64,000 nucleotides of DNA. Source: Myxococcota bacterium (lineage in GTDB: Bacteria; Myxococcota_A; UBA9160; UBA6930). The position numbers and the translations under genes are program-made. The notes under the pieces were generated by a model that had not been told where the DNA came from, did not search any database, and saw only the letters and a program-made list of their open reading frames with translations. Shown piece after piece: positions 57,524 through 64,000 of the stretch (positions are counted from its first letter, which is position 1; the number at the start of each line of letters is the position of its first letter). The stretch is taken from NCBI GenBank assembly GCA_965223705.1, contig OZ245015.1, positions 4,288,001 through 4,352,000 of the forward strand, given 5' to 3'.

Positions 57524-58753
57524 CTAGGCGACGTGCGCTTCCCGCTCGATCAATTCGCGCTGCACGTCGGTGATGTAGTCGCGAACAGTCGGAGCCGCGT
57601 CTCGCTGGCGCGCGAGCTGCATCTGAAACGCGAGCTGGCTCCCGGTTCGAAACATCATCTCGGCGCTGATCAGGTAGAACTCGAACATTCGGCAGAAGCG
57701 CTCGTCGTACATCTCCGCGATCGTTTTTCGATTCGCCTCGAAACGGTCGTGCCAGTTGCGGACCGTATCCGCGTAGTGAACGCGCAAGAACTCGAGATCC
57801 GTCACCCACAAACTGTGCTGCTCGACCGACGCGAACACTTCCGATAGCGCCGGCGAGTAGGCTCCGGGGAAGATGTACTTACGGAGCCACGGACTCGCCG
57901 TTCCGGGCGGGCTCATGTGACCGATTGAATGGAGGACGGCGACGCCGTCGTCGACCATCAGCTCGTTGATCTTGTCGAAGAACTCTCCGTAGTGCGCGAC
58001 GCCGACGTGCTCGAACATGCCCACGGAAACGATGCGGTCGAAGCGTTCCGAGACCTCGCGGTAATCCTTGAGTTCGAACCGCACGCGCCCCAGGAGACCC
58101 GACGCCTCCGCCCGCTGGCACGCGAGCTCGTGCTGTTCTTTCGAGAGCGTCACGCCGAGGACTTCTACCGGAACGACTTCAGCGAGATAGAGGGCGAGCC
58201 CTCCCCAGCCGCAACCGATGTCGAGAACGCGCTGCCCCGGCTTCAAGCCGAGCTTTGCGGCGAGGAGCCGGCACTTGTTTCGCTGTGCCTCTTCGAGGGT
58301 ATCGCTGGGATTTCTGAAATAGCCGCAGGAGTAGAACATCCCGTCGTCGAGAAACAAGCGATAGAAATCGTTTCCCAGGTCGTAGTGGTGCGCGACGTTC
58401 CGCTGCGCCTTGCCGATCGGATTCGCCTGTTGAAACCGCTTCAACCCCCGGGAAATGCGACGCAGGAAGCTCTGCATTGGATACGAACCCAAGTTCAGTC
58501 GGTTCGTCGAGAACAGGGTCAAAAAATCGCGAAGGCTCGATTCCGGAAAGGTCAGGCGCCCGTCCATGAACGCTTCGCCGGCGTGAAGCTCCGGGTTGAG
58601 GAAGAGCTTCCAGTAGAGACTCGGGTCGGAGAGGCGCATCGTCACGTCGAGCCCCGGCTCGCCAGCGAAGACGTGGGAGCGGCCCGCTGCGTCGATCACC
58701 GTCAGTCGACCCACTCGAACGAACGACTGCAACATGTGGGAAAGCGGGAACAT
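57524..58753 (-). CDS. cfa: Cyclopropane-fatty-acyl-phospholipid synthase family methyltransferase
   Basis: HHYDLGNDFY, VLDIGCGWGG, FDRIVSVGMFEHVG, KYIFPG. Confidence 0.92.
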   Translation of the reverse strand: MFPLSHMLQSFVRVGRLTVIDAAGRSHVFAGEPGLDVTMRLSDPSLYWKLFLNPELHAGEAFMDGRLTFPESSLRDFLTLFSTNRLNLGSYPMQSFLRRISRGLKRFQQANPIGKAQRNVAHHYDLGNDFYRLFLDDGMFYSCGYFRNPSDTLEEAQRNKCRLLAAKLGLKPGQRVLDIGCGWGGLALYLAEVVPVEVLGVTLSKEQHELACQRAEASGLLGRVRFELKDYREVSERFDRIVSVGMFEHVGVAHYGEFFDKINELMVDDGVAVLHSIGHMSPPGTASPWLRKYIFPGAYSPALSEVFASVEQHSLWVTDLEFLRVHYADTVRNWHDRFEANRKTIAEMYDERFCRMFEFYLISAEMMFRTGSQLAFQMQLARQRDAAPTVRDYITDVQRELIEREAHVA

Positions 58754-58761
58754 AGAGGCTC

Positions 58762-59988
58762 CTAGCGCGCGGGTTCTCCGGGAATGGTTTCGCGCTGCAA
58801 CACGTCGTCGGTTTCCATCGCTGCGATTTCCGCCTCGTCGTAGCCGAGCATGCCGGACAACACATCGCGATTGTGCTCGCCGAGGTAGGGGGCTTCGAGA
58901 TCGAGCGACTCCGGGAAGTCCGAAAAGCGCAGCGGATTCCCCGGCACGTGGAAATCGGGCAGCCCGCGGTCGGAAATCGTTCGAATCGTTCCCCGCGCGC
59001 GGTGGTGCGGATGCTCCATCGCCTCTTTCACGGTGAGGACCGGACCCACCGGGATCCGGCCTTCCATCAGGGCGTCCATCGCTGCGTCGTCGCTCTCCAT
59101 GCCCCGAATCCAGGTTTCGACGATCTCTACGAGCGCGTCGACGTTCTCGACGCGCTTGCCGTTATCGACGAAGCGCGGATCCTGGATGATGTCTTCGCGC
59201 CCGATGACTTTGCAGAACTGCGGCCACTGGTGCTCGAGCGCGACGATGAACATGTAGCGCTCTCGTCCTCGGAAGATGCCGGTGGGTGCCAACGCGAAAT
59301 GGTGCCGACCGTTCCGCGTCGGATTCATCGCGCCTTCGGACAGGCTGACGACCTGGGTGGTGATGTCGTGGTGGTGGAAGTAGCAATCGAGGAGCGAGAT
59401 ATCCAAGTACTGGCCTTTTCCGCTCTTCTCGCGGTGCAGCAGTGCGGCGTTGATCGCCCCGAAGGCGTGAGCTCCGGTCAGGGTGTCACCCAGACTGAAC
59501 ATCGGATAAGACGGCGCCCCGCCCTTCTCGCCGATCAGTTCCGTGATCCCGGCGAATGCCTGGGCGATCGGGTCGTAGCCCACCATCTTCGCAAGTGGCC
59601 CGGTCTGACCGAACGTCGTGATCGAGCACATCACCGCGCGTGGATTGATCTCGTGGACGACATCCCAGCCGAGTCCGAGGCGCGCAATCGCGCCCACGGA
59701 AAAATTCTCGATCACCACGTCCGCTTTCGCGACCAGCTTTTTCGCAGCTTCGAGAGCGCGCGGGTCGCGGAGATCGAGACACACGCTCTTCTTGCCTCGG
59801 TTCTGCTGCACGAAGTACCCGCTGCGCCCGTCCTTTACGAAAGGCAGCCCGCGAGCGCCATCGCCGGTAGGCGCCGCCTCGACCTTGATCACGTCGGCGC
59901 CCAGCTCGGCAAAGAGTCGGGTGCAGGCCGGCCCCGCGAGGAAATGAGTGAAATCGAGCACGGTGTAGCCGCTGAGTAGATGCGCCAC
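58762..59988 (-). CDS. CaiB/BaiF family III CoA-transferase
   Basis: LAGPACT, GADVIKVE, NRGKKS, DVVIENF, FGQTGP, LGEHN; GTG after GGAGG (alternative start 60039). Confidence 0.92.
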   Translation of the reverse strand: MAHLLSGYTVLDFTHFLAGPACTRLFAELGADVIKVEAAPTGDGARGLPFVKDGRSGYFVQQNRGKKSVCLDLRDPRALEAAKKLVAKADVVIENFSVGAIARLGLGWDVVHEINPRAVMCSITTFGQTGPLAKMVGYDPIAQAFAGITELIGEKGGAPSYPMFSLGDTLTGAHAFGAINAALLHREKSGKGQYLDISLLDCYFHHHDITTQVVSLSEGAMNPTRNGRHHFALAPTGIFRGRERYMFIVALEHQWPQFCKVIGREDIIQDPRFVDNGKRVENVDALVEIVETWIRGMESDDAAMDALMEGRIPVGPVLTVKEAMEHPHHRARGTIRTISDRGLPDFHVPGNPLRFSDFPESLDLEAPYLGEHNRDVLSGMLGYDEAEIAAMETDDVLQRETIPGEPAR

Positions 59989-60086
59989 GAGACCTCCTGC
60001 AGCCCGAGCCGGGAAAACCGGCTGGTACGGGGCAATCACTCGGTGCAGAATAGGCGACTTTCGACGAACGCCTGGAGGAAACCTCA

Positions 60087-60857
60087 GTGCAAACCGGCCC
60101 CCGACTGGCGGGCAAGAATATCCTCGTCACCGGCGGAGCCAGTGGGATCGGGAGAGCGGCCTCGCTCAGGCTGGGTGTCGAAGGCGCCCGGGTGTGCGTC
60201 GCGGATATCGCTTCCGAAGGCGTTCGCGCTGTAGCCGACGAGATCGAGTCCGCGGGCGGCCAGGCCGAGCCGCTCACGCTCGACGTGACCGACGGAGGCG
60301 CCGTCGCGGCCGCGATCGCGAATTTTGCGAGCCGGAACGGGAGACTCGACGGCGCGTTCAACAACGCGGGCATCGAGGGTCCCGCGCTCCGGACGCTCGA
60401 GTACCCCGACGATGCGTGGGATCGCGTCCTCGACGTCAACTTGAAGGGCGTGTGGTGGTGCATGAAGGCCGAGCTCTCCCAAATGATGTCCCAGGGCGGA
60501 GGCGGCTCGATCGTCAACACTGCATCGGTCGCCGGCATTCGGGGGTTCCCGGGAGCTTCGGCCTATGTCGCTTCGAAGCACGGGGTCGTCGGTCTCACGC
60601 GCTCCGCCGCCGTGGAATACGCCCGCCACGGAATCCGCGTGAACGCCATCTGCCCGGGCTTTATCAAGACGCCCATGGCGGACCGTGTGGGAGAGGCCGG
60701 ACGGGTGAACCCCGACGCCATGGGAGGCCTCGCACCCATTGGGCGGATGGGAGAGGCACGCGAAATCGGCGACGCCGCGAGTTGGCTGCTCTCCGACGAG
60801 GCGGGCTTCACAACCGGCGTGGCACTCGAAGTCGACGGGGGATACGCCGCTCGCTAA
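60087..60857 (+). CDS. Short-chain dehydrogenase/reductase
   Basis: TGGASGIG, NNAG, YVASKHG, RVNAICPG. Confidence 0.93.
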   Translation: MQTGPRLAGKNILVTGGASGIGRAASLRLGVEGARVCVADIASEGVRAVADEIESAGGQAEPLTLDVTDGGAVAAAIANFASRNGRLDGAFNNAGIEGPALRTLEYPDDAWDRVLDVNLKGVWWCMKAELSQMMSQGGGGSIVNTASVAGIRGFPGASAYVASKHGVVGLTRSAAVEYARHGIRVNAICPGFIKTPMADRVGEAGRVNPDAMGGLAPIGRMGEAREIGDAASWLLSDEAGFTTGVALEVDGGYAAR

Positions 60858-60869
60858 GCGGCAGTCGGT

Positions 60870-61877
60870 ATGCAACGTCGGATCGGCATCATGTTGTGGC
60901 CGTCCCCCGGGATCGACGCGGGCTTCTCCCGCGCGCTCTGGTGTGAGCAGGAAGGATTCGACGACGTCTGGTTCCCCGACGGCGAGGGAATGCAGGACGC
61001 GCTGACCCTTGCTGCCGGGGTCGCTTCTCGAACCGCTCGTATCCGTTTGTGTACGGGGATCGTCCCCGTCTACAACCGCCCCCCCGCTGTCTTGGCGACT
61101 TCAGCGCTCGCGCTGTCTCACCTCGCTCCCGGTCGGTTCGTCCTTGGGATTGGATCCTCGACGCACGCGATGATCGAGAACTGGTACGGCCGGTCTTTCG
61201 AGAAGCCTTTGGCCAACGTTCGCGAAACGACGCAGCTCTTGCGCCGCCTGTTCGCGGGCGAGAAAACGGATTTTCAAGGCGAGGTCCTTCGCAGTCGGGG
61301 TTTCCGGTTGAAGGAGCGCCCGGGCGGCGAGATTCCGATTCATATCGCCGCCATGGGGCCCAAGATGCTTCGCCTCGCCGGCGAAGTGGGAGACGGTGTC
61401 GTGTTGAACGACATGACCCCCGACGACCGTATTCCCGCAGCGCTCGAACAGATCGACGAAGGCGCGAAGCGAAGCGGACGTCGGGTCGAAGACCTCGAAA
61501 TCTCGATCCGGCGTGCCACCCTCGTCACCGACGATGAGAACGACGCTCGAGAGATGTTCCGGAGCCAGTTCACCTTTTATGCGTCAACTCCGGTGTACCA
61601 ACGGCAAATGATCGAGCTCGGCTACGCATCGGCGATCGATGAGATTCGGCTCGGCTACGCGAACCGCGATCGGGGGCGCAGCCTCCGCGCCGTCGACGAT
61701 GCCATGGTCGAACGGTTCTACGTTTTCGGTGATGGCGAAGCCTGTCGCCGGCGGGTCCGCGCGAGTTTCGACGCCGGGATCGACACGGTGTTCGTGAGCC
61801 CTCAGGCGCGTTGTAGCGACCACTTCGATGCCACGTGCCGAGCGTTTGCGCCGACCGTCTTTGCCACCGGATCGTGA
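60870..61877 (+). CDS. LLM-class flavin/F420-dependent oxidoreductase
   Basis: TARIRLCTGI, PGRFVLGIG, AAMGPKMLRLAGEVGDG. Confidence 0.9.
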   Translation: MQRRIGIMLWPSPGIDAGFSRALWCEQEGFDDVWFPDGEGMQDALTLAAGVASRTARIRLCTGIVPVYNRPPAVLATSALALSHLAPGRFVLGIGSSTHAMIENWYGRSFEKPLANVRETTQLLRRLFAGEKTDFQGEVLRSRGFRLKERPGGEIPIHIAAMGPKMLRLAGEVGDGVVLNDMTPDDRIPAALEQIDEGAKRSGRRVEDLEISIRRATLVTDDENDAREMFRSQFTFYASTPVYQRQMIELGYASAIDEIRLGYANRDRGRSLRAVDDAMVERFYVFGDGEACRRRVRASFDAGIDTVFVSPQARCSDHFDATCRAFAPTVFATGS

Positions 61878-61886
61878 GGAAAATCG

Positions 61887-62906
61887 ATGCCGCGCCAATC
61901 GCGAAAGCTTCGCTTCGGTCTCTGGTACGCGTTTCGCAACCCCGAAGCCTGGAGACGTCCCTTCCCAGAAATCTATGCCGAGGTCTTCGAGCAAATCGAG
62001 TGGGCGGAGCACCGCGGCTTCGACGACGTCTGGTTGACCGAGCACCATTTTTGCGAGGACGGACACGCGCCCTCGATCCTTCCTCTCGCCGCAGCCGTCG
62101 CGGCGCGGACGAAACGCATCCGGATCGGTACGGGCGTTCTGCTGCTCCCGCTCCACAATCCCGTCCGCGTCGCCGAAGATGGCGCGACCATCGACATCAT
62201 TTCGAACGGTCGGTTCGAGTTGGGCGTCGGAGTCGGCTACCGGCCGCAAGAATTCCCCGCTCTCGGCGCAAGACGCGAGGAGCGTGCGACGCGAACCGAC
62301 GAAGGGCTCGAGATCATTCGTCGGCTCTGGGCCGGTGAAACGCTTTCCTTCTCCGGCCGGCATCACCAGTTCGAGAACGTGAAGCTCGAGCCGATGCCTG
62401 TACAGGAGCCGCCGCCGATCTGGGTCGGCGGGTTTGCGCCCGCATCGGTGCGACGCGCAGCGCGTTTGGGAGATGGCTACCTCGGCACGGCCGACGACGG
62501 GACGCTCACCGCCCTCTACCGTGAGGAACTGGCAAAAGCGGGCAAAGACCCCTCGGCCGCGCGCATCGCCGGGGGGCACTTTTGGCTCATCGCTTCTCGC
62601 GACCCGGAAAAAACCTGGGCCGAGCTCGCACCCCACGTCCTCTATCAGATGCAGGTCTACAACCGCTGGCTCGAGGACGCGGGCCAGGCGCTTTTCCCGG
62701 AGATGTCCGATGTCGAGGCGCTTCGCGCCACGGGACTGCTCAAGGTCCTGACACCGGCCGAGGTCGTCCGGGAAATCCGGACTTACCTCGAGATTTGCCC
62801 ACTCGAGAGGTATTACAGCTGGACGATTCCGCCGGGCGTACCCGCCGAGGCGATGACGCCGTATCTCGAGCTTTTTGCGGCAGAGGTGATTCCCCACTTC
62901 CAGTGA
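61887..62906 (+). CDS. LLM-class flavin-dependent oxidoreductase
   Basis: WLTEHHF, PLHNPVRVAED, SNGRFELGVGVGY, PPIWVGG. Confidence 0.92.
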   Translation: MPRQSRKLRFGLWYAFRNPEAWRRPFPEIYAEVFEQIEWAEHRGFDDVWLTEHHFCEDGHAPSILPLAAAVAARTKRIRIGTGVLLLPLHNPVRVAEDGATIDIISNGRFELGVGVGYRPQEFPALGARREERATRTDEGLEIIRRLWAGETLSFSGRHHQFENVKLEPMPVQEPPPIWVGGFAPASVRRAARLGDGYLGTADDGTLTALYREELAKAGKDPSAARIAGGHFWLIASRDPEKTWAELAPHVLYQMQVYNRWLEDAGQALFPEMSDVEALRATGLLKVLTPAEVVREIRTYLEICPLERYYSWTIPPGVPAEAMTPYLELFAAEVIPHFQ

Positions 62907-62984
62907 GAGAAGACGCAACTTGCGGGTCCGTTGCCGGCCAGCGAGCCCTTAATCTCGACCCGCAAGCCGGCCGATAGAACGAAG

Positions 62985-64000
62985 GTGTCTTCCTCGAATC
63001 AGCCGCCGCTGGTGCTCGTGGCCCTCGCCCAGGGTCCGCGTGAAGTCGCTTGCCAGGAACTGATCCGGCGCGGCTGCTACGCGGAGCCCGTCCTCACCGA
63101 GCACCTCCCGGAACTCACCCGCGAGCTGGGAAGTTGTTGTGTTCTCATCGATTTCGATACTGCGATTGATTCACTGCCCCACCGACTTTTAAACCGCGCG
63201 AACGACCCGGTACCGATGTTGATCTTCGCGCGCGATGTCGGAGTCGCCGCTCCGCTTGCCCAGGCCGACCCGCAGTACGTCGACGTCATCGCGAGACCTT
63301 GCGATTGGGATGACGTCGCGCTGCGGGTTGCGCGACTTCTCGAGACCTGCGCCGGCTGGAACGCGTTGCAGCGCTCTCAGCGCGTCGCCCGCATGGGAAG
63401 TTGGAAGTGGGACTACGAATCGGATGAGATGCAGTGGTCGGACGAGACGTTCCGCGTGCTCGGTCTAGAACCCGGAAGCTTCATCCCGAGCGGACAAACG
63501 CTTCTCTCCCGTGTGCACGCGGACGATCGCACGACGGTCCAGGACAAAATGCGTTGGTCGGCAAAGACCGGAAAAGGGTTCTCCCTCGAGCATCGGGTGT
63601 CACGACCCGACGGGGAGACCGTTCGGGTGCGACACGAGGGCGAAGTCTCGGACGTCGACGGGGTGCTGATCGGAACGATCCAAGACGTCACGAGTCAGGT
63701 CGAGTCCATTCAGTCTATCCAGCAGCTCGCCAACCTGGACAGCCTCACCGGCTTGGCGAATCGCCGCTACTTCCTCGAACGGCTCGATCAGGCGATCTTG
63801 GAAGCGCAACGAACGGGGCAGCTCGGCGCGCTCCTTTACTTGGATCTCGATCAGTTCAAGCGCATCAACGACAGCCTCGGCCACCGCGCCGGCGATGTCC
63901 TGTTGCGGACCGTCGCGGAGCGGATCATCCGACAAGTCCGCGAGCACGACGACGTCGGTCGCCTGGGGCAACTCGAGAGCGGGCTGCATTCGATCTCCCG
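62985..64000 (+). CDS. Degenerate receiver-like + PAS + GGDEF signalling protein (partial, runs off window; absent from the ORF track)
   Basis: My translation from GTG 62985: …QRVARMGSWKWDYESDEMQWSDETFRVLG (PAS)…DSLTGLANRRYF…YLDLDQFKRINDSLGHRAGDVLL. Confidence 0.88.
   Translation, partial: MSSSNQPPLVLVALAQGPREVACQELIRRGCYAEPVLTEHLPELTRELGSCCVLIDFDTAIDSLPHRLLNRANDPVPMLIFARDVGVAAPLAQADPQYVDVIARPCDWDDVALRVARLLETCAGWNALQRSQRVARMGSWKWDYESDEMQWSDETFRVLGLEPGSFIPSGQTLLSRVHADDRTTVQDKMRWSAKTGKGFSLEHRVSRPDGETVRVRHEGEVSDVDGVLIGTIQDVTSQVESIQSIQQLANLDSLTGLANRRYFLERLDQAILEAQRTGQLGALLYLDLDQFKRINDSLGHRAGDVLLRTVAERIIRQVREHDDVGRLGQLESGLHSIS

Noticed and set aside
60037..60052. TATTCT-7nt-GTG as a leaderless start for the CoA-transferase
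   Set aside because: A downstream GTG at 59988 has a GGAGG SD and matches the family N-terminus better

Overview
High-GC, densely coding bacterial chromosome segment with about 58 CDS. I saw no rRNA, tRNA, CRISPR array or transposase/integrase. The gene mix (several LLM oxidoreductases, DUF1329, acyl-CoA/enoyl-CoA enzymes, PEP-CTERM proteins) tentatively suggests a Myxococcota/deltaproteobacteria-like lineage; this is a weak inference. The left arm (1-25 kb) is housekeeping: mazG, uvrA, crotonases, a Mcd-like acyl-CoA dehydrogenase, tldD/tldE, a zinc-independent rpsN-rpmE2-rpmB cluster, aromatic amino acid decarboxylase, a DnaJ/CbpA-like chaperone, purC, lysA, a eukaryote-type UGPase and an M18 aminopeptidase. 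The right arm (45.7-64 kb) carries nei, lhr, paaABC, a DUF2868/GTPase pair, msrA, cfa, a CoA-transferase, an SDR, two LLMs and a partial PAS-GGDEF gene. The most interesting part is a ~19 kb cell-envelope locus (25.3-44.1 kb). It holds a circularly permuted TtpC/TonB2-type motor bracketed by two exbD paralogues, a large TonB-dependent receptor, a beta-helix partner protein and two PEP-CTERM proteins. It also encodes a penicillin-binding transpeptidase fused to a duplicated TonB C-terminal domain, and a glutaminyl-cyclase-type lipoprotein whose predicted Gln-starting substrates lie in the same cluster. An orphan PhoB-like regulator with a degenerate receiver sits at the edge, and Pho-box-like 11/22-bp phased repeats occur in six intergenic regions. 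All calls come from motif recognition by eye; no searches were run.
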